Shown: positions 10,088-18,544, counted from the first letter of the stretch. The stretch is 64,000 nucleotides of DNA from Candidatus Moraniibacteriota bacterium (GCA_013334765.1 JAAXWW010000001.1:108589-172588); one strand, 5' to 3'. Notes: a model not told the origin generated them from the letters alone. Made by a program: numbers and translations.

Positions 10088-10263
10088 TAATCATCATGGT
10101 TTTCGGGATTTATACATCCTCATAGGAATTACTATTGCGACATGGATGGGTGTAAGTTTAGTTTTCGGATTTTCATAAGACGGATATCTTTTATAATAAT
10201 GGGCATGAGTAATTTATTTCTGAATGCTCACTCCCTCAGCGCAGTAATTGGTTGGTATAAATT

Positions 10264-11658
10264 ATGAAAATAAAAATAAACAACGTTGAATATAGCGCCA
10301 AAATCGGAGAAACGATTCTGGATGTCTGCAAAAGGGAGAGAATAAGGATCCCAACCCTGTGCGCGTATAAGAACCTGAATCGTGAGGCGGTTTGCCGGAT
10401 GTGTTTGGTTGAGGTGAATAAGAGCGATAGCCTGGTCACGTCCTGCTCGTTCAAGGTCTGCGGCGGTTTGGAGGTGACAACTGAAAGCGAGAGGATTCAG
10501 AAGGCTCGCAAGGTCAGTTTGGAGCTTCTTTTCGCGGATCACGCGGGGAAGTGCGTAAAATGCAGGAAAAATAGGCGCTGCGAACTTCAGAACTTGGCCG
10601 AGGAGAACAAGATAGATAATTTCCATTTTGTTCCAAAGAAAGATGAGATCGGTTCTGCTGACGAGCTTGATCTGCTCAAGGACAACAGATCGCGCCTGGT
10701 TTTTGAGGATAATAACAGGGTAATCACGAGGACGACGGAATATTGCATTTCGTGCAGAAGGTGCGTAAACGTTTGCCCGACTCAGGAATTCGGCCTTAGC
10801 CGTCGCGCGGCGGATACGGTTGTCGGAACTCCGTATGGCAAGGAACTGGATTGCATATTCTGCGGCGCATGCGTCAGGGCTTGTCCGACAGGCGCGCTTA
10901 CGGATCATGGCGATATTGTGAAAGCGCAGGACGAACTGGATAACCTCAACAAGCTCGCGGTGGCGATCGTGGACGAGACTGTTCTGAGAAATATCGCGGA
11001 TGAGATCGGAGGATTGCCGGCTGGGGATGTGAGCGGGGAAGTCATCGGGTATTTGCACGAGCTCGGATTTGAAAAAGTCTTCAGTCTTTCTTTCGGTCTC
11101 GGAAAATGGATCGAATCCGCCAAGGAAAAGATGGAAAACAGAAAAAGGCCGATTATCAGCGATTATTGCCCGTCGGTTGCCATATATGTGAAAAAATATT
11201 TCCCGTCTCTCGCGGATAATCTGCTGGGTGTGCCTACGCCGGATGATATCATGGCAAGATATATCAAGAATGAATATGCGGATAAGGAAAAGATAGATGC
11301 GGATAATATCGTGGTTATTTCAATCTCAGGGTGCCTTGCGAAGAGGAAAACCAAAGGAAGATATCTGGATCATGTCATGAGCCCGAGCCAGATCGGGCGG
11401 ATGGTCCGCGTGAAAAAGATAGGCAAGGTTGAGAAGGGTAAGTTTGATCATCTTGCAAAAGAAGATATGCATCCGGATGCGTATAGTATGAACAGGAAAG
11501 GCGGAGTGGCGAACGCTCTTTCTAGCGGGATATCCGACGCCAGGGCAGCAAGCGGAATCAAGGATATAAAGAGGATTCTTGAGGATATGGACAGAGGAAA
11601 TGCCGAATATGATTTCGCCGATCTCATGGTTTGCGATGGGGGATGTGAAAATAAATAG
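10264..11658 (+). CDS. HydA/NuoG-like Fe-S subunit with a degenerate [FeFe]-hydrogenase H-domain
   Basis: 2Fe-2S (PTLC..CRMC..TSC), HxxxCxxCxxxxxC, 2x CxxCxxCxxxCP; then SDYCP / SGCLAK / DLMVCDGGC as degenerate L1/L2/L3. Confidence 0.85.
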   Translation: MKIKINNVEYSAKIGETILDVCKRERIRIPTLCAYKNLNREAVCRMCLVEVNKSDSLVTSCSFKVCGGLEVTTESERIQKARKVSLELLFADHAGKCVKCRKNRRCELQNLAEENKIDNFHFVPKKDEIGSADELDLLKDNRSRLVFEDNNRVITRTTEYCISCRRCVNVCPTQEFGLSRRAADTVVGTPYGKELDCIFCGACVRACPTGALTDHGDIVKAQDELDNLNKLAVAIVDETVLRNIADEIGGLPAGDVSGEVIGYLHELGFEKVFSLSFGLGKWIESAKEKMENRKRPIISDYCPSVAIYVKKYFPSLADNLLGVPTPDDIMARYIKNEYADKEKIDADNIVVISISGCLAKRKTKGRYLDHVMSPSQIGRMVRVKKIGKVEKGKFDHLAKEDMHPDAYSMNRKGGVANALSSGISDARAASGIKDIKRILEDMDRGNAEYDFADLMVCDGGCENK

Positions 11659-11672
11659 TAAATAACGAAAAT

Positions 11673-11888
11673 ATGTGTCTGACTATACCTAAGAAAGTGG
11701 TTGAGATAGACGGCAACAAAATCGTGGTCGAGCTTGCCAATGGCGATAGACAAAGCGTGAAAAGTATCGTAGCATTGGAAATAGGTGATTTTTGCTTAAC
11801 GCAGCAGAACGTTGCCATAGAGAGGATAGACGCCGACTATGCTGGCGAGCTCATTGAAATACTGAAAGGAGGAAAAGCCAATGTCTGA
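11673..11888 (+). CDS. hypC: HypC/HupF-like hydrogenase chaperone
   Basis: N-terminal MCLTIP, IGDFCL, 71 aa. Confidence 0.75.
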   Translation: MCLTIPKKVVEIDGNKIVVELANGDRQSVKSIVALEIGDFCLTQQNVAIERIDADYAGELIEILKGGKANV

Positions 11889-12600
11889 AATCATCATAAC
11901 TCCGGACGGCTTGCGCCTCCTGGGTCTTGTTTTGGTAACTTGCCCGTCGGAAACCACCAATGGAGGGGTTCTTGGCAAACAGCACGCCTTGGAATTGGCA
12001 AGAGACGAAAAAAGCGTGGGTTTTGAAGAATTCATGCACTATCTGGGATTGAGAAATCCCGGTCCGAGCGTTTTTTCCCATATCCACAAAGTGGCTGTTG
12101 GAAAAGGCGCGGCTTCGATCGATGCTGCCTTTGTGGCTGGATATTTCGGCGGCAAGCCGCATATCGAAAGAGTTGTCGCTGGAACTAGTAAAGAAACACT
12201 CTGCGGACTGTTTGGAGATAATGGATATTATTTCAAATCAATCGTTTCGCACGTCCTGCTGCCAGCTCGCGTCAGCAATGTCCGCTTGGATGATGTCAAA
12301 GGAAAGAAAGCGCATGTCGTTGATGCCATTTATGAAAATGGGGATATGAATCTTTCCTTCTCCAACCTTATTATGCTCCCAAGAGAACCGGTCGAAAAAG
12401 GCCAGTTTGTCCTGTGCCATCACTCATCCGTTCTTCCGGGAATAGTTTCTGAAGATATGAAAAAGCTGCTTCTTGAAGCGCAGTTGGATAGTAGCGCATT
12501 CATGGAAGCATGCCGCAAGATTGATCAAGACGGCATCAACCATTGTTCGATGCTGAGTTTACCTGCTGCAAGAGCAGCGCTGGATTACGATTGTTCCTAA
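11881..12600 (+). CDS. Hypothetical protein within the hydrogenase locus
   Basis: 239 aa ORF overlapping hypC; SD AAAGGAGG; followed by hairpin terminator 12600-12642. Confidence 0.65.
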   Translation: MSEIIITPDGLRLLGLVLVTCPSETTNGGVLGKQHALELARDEKSVGFEEFMHYLGLRNPGPSVFSHIHKVAVGKGAASIDAAFVAGYFGGKPHIERVVAGTSKETLCGLFGDNGYYFKSIVSHVLLPARVSNVRLDDVKGKKAHVVDAIYENGDMNLSFSNLIMLPREPVEKGQFVLCHHSSVLPGIVSEDMKKLLLEAQLDSSAFMEACRKIDQDGINHCSMLSLPAARAALDYDCS

Positions 12601-12672
12601 GCGGAGCATGAACCATCAGGTTTCATCGCTCCGCTTTTTTTATTCCTGCGAATTTATGGTAAAATATAAGGC

Positions 12673-13803
12673 ATGAAACACAAAAATATTTCAAATATAA
12701 AAACCGGTGCCAAGAAGAGGGTCCTTCGCAAAAAAATTGCGGAGCGGACAAAAAAGAAGGTCGCAAGAAAACCGGCAAAAAGGAAACATCTGGATATCGG
12801 ATCACTAACAGGAAAAAAATCACTGTTCGATCATATCAAGGGAAGCCTTGTGGCTTTTTCGAAAAAGAAAGAAGGCAAGAGTATCCCAGAAGAAGGGAGG
12901 ATAATTTCCATGAACGAACCGGTGAAGGAAATCGAAATCCCGATTGTTTTGAAAGAAGCAAGAAAGAATCCTGCAAAAAAAGCTCCTGCGAAAAAAAGGA
13001 AGAAGGCTGTTGCTGAGGAAACCGGGCTTATGAATCTTCCTAAGCCCCGCGTTGCGATCGTGAGCCTCACTTCGTGCGAAGGCTGCCAGTTCGTCCTTTT
13101 GGATCTCGGGGAAAGGTTTTTCGAGTTCGTGAAGAGCGTTGAACTGGTTGATTTCCGCATGGTCGAGGATCAGGAAGATGACAACCTGCAGCTCGATCTG
13201 GTGCTGGTGGAAGGCAATCCTGTTACTGAGGAGAATGTGGAAACTCTCAAAAGAGTGCGGGCTAGGGCCAAAGTCCTAGCGGCTCTTGGAAACTGTGCGG
13301 CGATGGGCGGAGTGCCAGAGATCAAGAACTATCAGAAAGGGAAGAGCACCATAAAGCACGTATACAAGTATATTCACGGCATAAGCAATCCTGAGATCAA
13401 GGAAATAGATAATTTCGTGAAAGTTGATTTCGTTTTCCCGGGGTGTCCGATTGACGGAGAAGAGTTCCTGAAATATATGCCAGAGCTTCTCAAGGGAAAT
13501 GTTCCGCAGATTCCGGATCAGGCGGTCTGTCTTGAGTGTAGGAAGAAAGGAAACAAATGCCTTCTTTTGGAGAAGAAGCCGTGCTTCGGTCCGATGATCC
13601 TGGGCGGATGCGATGCGGTCTGTCCTACGGCTAGGATGGGCTGTCAGGGTTGCCGCGGGCTGCGCCCGGAAGGCAGCATCAAAGTGATGCGTGCGACATT
13701 GAAAAGCATGATGACTGATGAAGAATTCGAGAATGTGACGGAAATATACGGCCTCAGGGATGATTTGGAAGAGAAAGAGAAAAAAGAGAAAAAGGAGAAG
13801 TAG
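12673..13803 (+). CDS. [NiFe]-hydrogenase small subunit (group 3b delta-like) with a Lys-rich N-terminal extension
   Basis: SLTSCEGC, VEG, LGNCAAMGG, PGCP, VCLEC..C..PCFGP...GCDAVCP...CQGCRG. Confidence 0.9.
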   Translation: MKHKNISNIKTGAKKRVLRKKIAERTKKKVARKPAKRKHLDIGSLTGKKSLFDHIKGSLVAFSKKKEGKSIPEEGRIISMNEPVKEIEIPIVLKEARKNPAKKAPAKKRKKAVAEETGLMNLPKPRVAIVSLTSCEGCQFVLLDLGERFFEFVKSVELVDFRMVEDQEDDNLQLDLVLVEGNPVTEENVETLKRVRARAKVLAALGNCAAMGGVPEIKNYQKGKSTIKHVYKYIHGISNPEIKEIDNFVKVDFVFPGCPIDGEEFLKYMPELLKGNVPQIPDQAVCLECRKKGNKCLLLEKKPCFGPMILGGCDAVCPTARMGCQGCRGLRPEGSIKVMRATLKSMMTDEEFENVTEIYGLRDDLEEKEKKEKKEK

Positions 13804-14265
13804 TCTCTACGAATTACGAATCTTACGAAATTACGAACAGCAGATGAAAACAAATAAAGATATCATATATGCCGATGAATCTTATGAGATTATTGGGATG
13901 ATGTATGAGGTTCATGACAAGATAGGATCTGGACACAAAGAAGTTTTCTATCAAAAAGCTGTAGCGGAAATTTTCAGGAAGAATGGCAAAAATTTCAAAG
14001 AGCAGCTAAGATTGAAGGTGAAGATGGGTGGCAAGGAAGTGGGAGAATATGTTCTGGATTTTTTGTATGAGGATATTATTGTCATAGAATTGAAGCAGGG
14101 TGAAGTTTTTTCAAAGAGCAATATAAATCAAATATATGTTTACCTGAAAGCGACCGGATTGAAACTTGGCTTGTTGATAAATTTTACAAGAAACGGAGTC
14201 AAATTCAAAAGAATCGTCAATATAGCATAAATTCGTAATTTCGTATAATTCGTATTTCGTAGAGA
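13804..14265. mobile_element. GxxExxY gene enclosed by 34-bp inverted repeats (putative intervening/mobile element, copy 1)
   Basis: Left arm tctctacgaattacgaatcttacgaaattacgaa (13804-13837) pairs with right arm 14232-14265 at 31/34 positions. Confidence 0.75.
13844..14230 (+). CDS. GxxExxY family protein (PD-(D/E)XK-like)
   Basis: GHKEVFY, LDFLYEDIIVIELK, QIYVYLKATGLKLGLLINF. Confidence 0.92.
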   Translation: MKTNKDIIYADESYEIIGMMYEVHDKIGSGHKEVFYQKAVAEIFRKNGKNFKEQLRLKVKMGGKEVGEYVLDFLYEDIIVIELKQGEVFSKSNINQIYVYLKATGLKLGLLINFTRNGVKFKRIVNIA

Positions 14266-14269
14266 ATTC

Positions 14270-15529
14270 ATGGAGATAAAAATAAACCACATTGCTAAGA
14301 TGGAAGGGCACACTGGCTTCATGGCGAGTGTGATTCATGGCGATGTGAAAGCTGCGAAACTGGAAGTCAAAGAGGGGATCCGTCTTATCGAGGGCGTGCT
14401 CATAGGCCGTGATTATCGGGATATGCCGGTGGTAGCGCAAAGGATCTGCGGGATCTGCCCGGTGGTGCACAACATCACTTCGATAAAAGCCATAGAGAAT
14501 GCGATGGGGGTTTCAGTCACGCCAGAGACGAAAAAGCTCAGGACGCTCATGGAATACGCCCAGATCATTCATTCTCATGCACTGCATCTTTTCTTTTTGT
14601 CCTTGGCTGATTTTTTGGATATGGATAATGACATCAAGCTCATGCAGGATTATCCTGAGGAAGCAAGGATGGCAATCAAAATACGCGAATACGGGATGTC
14701 GATTGTCAAAGTGATCGGAGGAAGGGTCGTGCATCCGCTCACTAATGAAGTCGGAGGATTCAAGAAGGCGCCGGATACTGAAGAACTCAAGAGGCTGCTT
14801 GATGAATCAGGGGAGGTGCTTAAAACGGCTCTGGAACTGGGAGAGTTTTTCAAGACGATCAAGGCCCCTGACTTTTCGCGCGAGACGGAATACGTATCTC
14901 TCGGCAAGAAAGGCGAATATGCCATATATGACGGCGATGTCATTTCTAATTTCGGGCTGCATATCCTGACGGAGAAATTCGAGAACAACTTCCTGGAGCT
15001 CCAGAAACAGAATGAGATCATAAAAAGGGTCGAGCATAGAGGAAAAAGCTATATGGTCGGAGCGATTGCCAGGTTGAACAATTCCAGGGAAAAACTCAGA
15101 CCGAAGGCGGCAAAATACCTGGAAAGTCTCGGCTGGAGCTTTCCGGACTATAATCCCTTCCACAACATCCTCGCTCAGATGACGGAACTTATCCACTTCA
15201 TTGAAGAATCTGCCAGGCTTCTTTCAGAGCTGCTCAATTGCGATCTGAATGAAGTCATAACCAAGGAATATGAAATCAAGGAAGGATCGGGTTCCGCGGC
15301 AGTGGAAGCTCCGCGCGGGACTCTCTACTACCATGTCGATATCGATCCGAAAGGATATATCAGGAACGTGAATATCATAACGCCGACGGCTCAATTCCTG
15401 TCGAACCTGGAAGATGACGTAGCGGCATATATCCCTGAAATAATAAACCTGGACCCGAAAGAAAGGGAGAAGAAGCTCCGCGCGTTCATCCGTGCCTATG
15501 ATCCGTGCATATCCTGCGCGGTTCACTAG
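14270..15529 (+). CDS. [NiFe]-hydrogenase large subunit (group 3b alpha-like)
   Basis: KMEGH, L1 RICGICP, EAPRGTLYY, L2 DPCISCAVH at the extreme C-terminus. Confidence 0.95.
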   Translation: MEIKINHIAKMEGHTGFMASVIHGDVKAAKLEVKEGIRLIEGVLIGRDYRDMPVVAQRICGICPVVHNITSIKAIENAMGVSVTPETKKLRTLMEYAQIIHSHALHLFFLSLADFLDMDNDIKLMQDYPEEARMAIKIREYGMSIVKVIGGRVVHPLTNEVGGFKKAPDTEELKRLLDESGEVLKTALELGEFFKTIKAPDFSRETEYVSLGKKGEYAIYDGDVISNFGLHILTEKFENNFLELQKQNEIIKRVEHRGKSYMVGAIARLNNSREKLRPKAAKYLESLGWSFPDYNPFHNILAQMTELIHFIEESARLLSELLNCDLNEVITKEYEIKEGSGSAAVEAPRGTLYYHVDIDPKGYIRNVNIITPTAQFLSNLEDDVAAYIPEIINLDPKEREKKLRAFIRAYDPCISCAVH

Positions 15530-15531
15530 AT

Positions 15532-15608
15532 AAAGTAAAAAATTAAAGGTAAAAAGTAAAAAATATTTTACATCTACTTTTTACCTTTTACTTCTAACTT
15601 TTAACTTT
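15532..15608. repeat. Gene-less inverted repeat made of ~7-nt tandem units (aaagtaa/aaagtta)
   Basis: aaagtaaaaaattaaaggtaaaaagta ... tactttttaccttttacttctaacttttaacttt. Confidence 0.65.
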
Positions 15609-15613
15609 GAAAC

Positions 15614-15892
15614 ATGCATGATTTTCTATTAGCCAAAGAGATAATCGACAAGCTTCGCGAGATTGCCCAAGAGAAAAAGATTTCGAAGATAACTAGGGTC
15701 AATCTTGAAATAGGCAACATATCGATGAGCCACGACGGGCATCCGGAACACTTGGAGGAAATCAATATTGAAAATCTCGAATTCGGGCTTGGCGGAATCG
15801 TGAAAGACGATCCGATGTTCCGGGATGTTAAATTCGGTATCAGGAAAACTCAGAGCGAAAGCTGGGGCATAACGGATATCGAGGCGGAATGA
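15614..15892 (+). CDS. hypA: HypA-like nickel chaperone lacking the Zn-finger
   Basis: MHDFLLAKEII...RVNLEIG...ITDIEAE; no CxxC pairs. Confidence 0.75.
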   Translation: MHDFLLAKEIIDKLREIAQEKKISKITRVNLEIGNISMSHDGHPEHLEEINIENLEFGLGGIVKDDPMFRDVKFGIRKTQSESWGITDIEAE

Positions 15893-15930
15893 GCAATTAA
15901 TTTTGAGGATTAAAATTAAACAACAAACAT

Positions 15931-16926
15931 ATGACAAAAATCGCAATCAACGGGTTTGGGAGGATCGGACGTCCATCGTTCAAAATCGCTTTCGCAAACG
16001 ATGAATTGGAAGTAGTGGCGATCAATGATCTTACGGATCTCAAAACTGCAGCGCATCTCCTCAAGTATGATTCGTCCTATGGGCGATATGGCAAGGAAGT
16101 CCTCATTGATGAGGAAAACTCGGAGCTGATCGTAGACGGAACGCGCATCAAATATCTGAGCGAACCGGATCCATCCAAGCTTCCGTGGGACGAATTGGGA
16201 GTCGAAGTAGTTCTTGAATGCACGGGAATATTCAACGACAAGGAAAAGGCAGCGAAGCATATAGCAGCCGGAGCAAGGAAGGTCATCCTTTCAGCGCCTC
16301 CGAAAGGCGACGATGTTCCGGTCTATCTCATCGGAGTCAACGACCATGAATACGCTGGCGAAGACGTCGTTTCCAATGGTTCCTGCACCACCAACTGCCT
16401 GGCGCCGATGATCAAGGTCCTGGAGGACAATTTCGGAGTGGAAAAGGGGTTTATGACAACGACGCATTCATATACCAATGATCAGAGGCTCCAGGATCTC
16501 CCGCATAGCGATCTTCGCCGGGCAAGAGCCGCAGCTTTGAATATCATCCCGACAACGACTGGAGCTGCCAAGACTGTCGGAAAAGTGATGTCCAGTCTCA
16601 AGGGTCAATTGGATGGCATAGCGCTTCGCGTTCCGACGCCGACCGTTTCGATCGTCGATTTCATCTGTATATTGAAGAAAGAAGCGACAGTCGAGGAAAT
16701 AAACGAAGCCTTCCGTCAGGCGGCATCCAACGGATTGAGGAATATTCTCGGAACCACAGACGAAGGCCTGGTATCTATGGATTTCAAGGGAGAGAAGAAC
16801 AGCGCGGTTGTCGATTTGCCGCTCACGATGGCTAACGGAACGCTTGCTAAGGTTGTCGGATGGTACGATAATGAATGGGGATACTCGAACAGGATGGTCG
16901 AGATGGCTGTCATCGTGTCGAAATAA
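15931..16926 (+). CDS. gap: Type I glyceraldehyde-3-phosphate dehydrogenase
   Basis: INGFGRIGR, SCTTNCLAP, WYDNEWGYS. Confidence 0.97.
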   Translation: MTKIAINGFGRIGRPSFKIAFANDELEVVAINDLTDLKTAAHLLKYDSSYGRYGKEVLIDEENSELIVDGTRIKYLSEPDPSKLPWDELGVEVVLECTGIFNDKEKAAKHIAAGARKVILSAPPKGDDVPVYLIGVNDHEYAGEDVVSNGSCTTNCLAPMIKVLEDNFGVEKGFMTTTHSYTNDQRLQDLPHSDLRRARAAALNIIPTTTGAAKTVGKVMSSLKGQLDGIALRVPTPTVSIVDFICILKKEATVEEINEAFRQAASNGLRNILGTTDEGLVSMDFKGEKNSAVVDLPLTMANGTLAKVVGWYDNEWGYSNRMVEMAVIVSK

Positions 16927-16949
16927 AAAACGAAATAAAACAAAACATA

Positions 16950-18521
16950 ATGTTCGATATATTAATCCGGAACGGAATAATAATCGATGGAAGCGGCAAG
17001 GCGCCATATCACGGCGATATCGGGATAAAGGGAGATAAGATCAAGGAGATAGGCGAACTTCAGGATGAGAAAGGCGACGTCGAAATAAATGCCGACGGCA
17101 GGATAATCTGTCCCGGCTTTATCGATGTCAATAACCATAGCGATACCTATTGGCGGCTGTTTCTCGATCCGGATCTCGAGAGCCTGGTGCATCAGGGCAT
17201 AACCACCATAATAGGCGGCAATTGCGGGTCGTCGCTGGCTCCGCTGGCTTCTCCGAAAACGATCGAATCGATTCAGAAATGGATCGATCTTCGCGAGATC
17301 AACGTCAATTGGCTGAGCGAGAAGGAATTCCTGAAGGTGCTGGACAAGAAAGGCGTCACGCTCAATTTCGCCACGTTGGTCGGACACGGAACGCTCAGGC
17401 GGGGGCTTCTCGGAGATGAAATCAGAAGCCTCAATGCGAAGGAAATAAAGTTCCTTCATAAGATGCTCAAGCGCGCGCTCAAGGACGGAGCGATCGGCAT
17501 GTCTTCCGGGCTTATCTATTCGCACGCCAAATCAGCCGGCATAGAGGAATTGGTCGAACTGTCCAGGATAGTCAAGGATTATGACGGGGTTTATGCGACA
17601 CACATGAGATCCGAACAGGAAGGATTTTTGGATGCTATCGATGAGACTGTTTATCTGGCTAAAGAGACAGGCGTGAAGACTCATATTTCCCACTTGAAAG
17701 CCATGGGAGAAAGCAATTGGGGAAAAATGGACGAGGCTCTCGCGCTCTTGAGCGATGCCAAGGAAAAGGGCGCGGACATAACATTTGATATCTATCCATA
17801 TACCAACACCGGTTCGGTCCTTTATACCTTCCTTCCCGATTGGGTGACGGAGGGAGGAAAGAAAGCGATGCTATACAAGCTCAAGAACAAGGAGGTCCGC
17901 GAGCGCGTCATTTCGGAAATGAAGAGCTCTCCTTTCGACTATAGCAAAGTTGAGATTTCCATTTCTCCGCTTGATAAGACGCTGGCGAGGCGCAATATCA
18001 TGGAAATCGCCAAGAGCCAGGAGAAGGGCGTGGAGGATGCGATAATAGACATCCTGATAGCGTCCGAGGGGCGCGTCATCACCTCGATCGAGCTTCTGAG
18101 CGAAGAGAATATAAGAAAAGCCCTGTTGCATCCCTTATCGATGGTCGCGACCAACGGTTCCGGATATAGCATAGAGCATGTGAAGAGCGGGGAGAAGGTG
18201 CATCCTAGAAGCTTCGGTTCCTTCACTAAGGTTCTGGAAAAATATGTCAAAGCGGAAAGGATCCTGAGCTGGGAAAGCGCCATAAACAAGATGACCGGCT
18301 TCCCGGCTGCAAGGTTCGGGATTATGAAACGCGGACTTCTGAAAGAGGGATATTTCGCCGATATCCTGATGATAGATTCCGACCGGATAAAGAGTCCTGC
18401 AACGACCAAAAGCCCCTATCAGTATTCATCAGGAATCGATCTGGTCATGATCAATGGGGAAGTGGCGCTGAACGATGACAAGTTTGCCGGCGGCAAGAAC
18501 GGGATGGTCTTGAGGAGATAA
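16950..18521 (+). CDS. N-acyl-D-amino-acid deacylase (D-aminoacylase)-like amidohydrolase
   Basis: MFDILIRNGIIIDGSG, PGFIDVNNHSD, GNCG, HMRSE, SHLKA, HPRSFGSF; start moved to ATG 16950. Confidence 0.88.
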   Translation: MFDILIRNGIIIDGSGKAPYHGDIGIKGDKIKEIGELQDEKGDVEINADGRIICPGFIDVNNHSDTYWRLFLDPDLESLVHQGITTIIGGNCGSSLAPLASPKTIESIQKWIDLREINVNWLSEKEFLKVLDKKGVTLNFATLVGHGTLRRGLLGDEIRSLNAKEIKFLHKMLKRALKDGAIGMSSGLIYSHAKSAGIEELVELSRIVKDYDGVYATHMRSEQEGFLDAIDETVYLAKETGVKTHISHLKAMGESNWGKMDEALALLSDAKEKGADITFDIYPYTNTGSVLYTFLPDWVTEGGKKAMLYKLKNKEVRERVISEMKSSPFDYSKVEISISPLDKTLARRNIMEIAKSQEKGVEDAIIDILIASEGRVITSIELLSEENIRKALLHPLSMVATNGSGYSIEHVKSGEKVHPRSFGSFTKVLEKYVKAERILSWESAINKMTGFPAARFGIMKRGLLKEGYFADILMIDSDRIKSPATTKSPYQYSSGIDLVMINGEVALNDDKFAGGKNGMVLRR

Positions 18522-18544
18522 GTACGAAGTTTTCTTGATATAAT

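Noticed and set aside
10088-10263. Hidden gene or RNA in the nuoF-hydA gap
   Set aside because: Only very short ORFs and no convincing structure.
8386-11658. Respiratory complex I (nuoEFG)
   Set aside because: No membrane or quinone-module nuo genes are present, and the third subunit has an FeFe H-domain remnant instead of a molybdopterin-like domain.
10264-11658. Active [FeFe]-hydrogenase or pseudogene
   Set aside because: Catalytic-pocket residues are missing, yet the frame and all Fe-S ligands are intact.
13760-13843. Basic N-terminal extension of GxxExxY copy 1
   Set aside because: It is read-through of the upstream gene end and the repeat arm; ATG 13844 matches the length of the paralogue.
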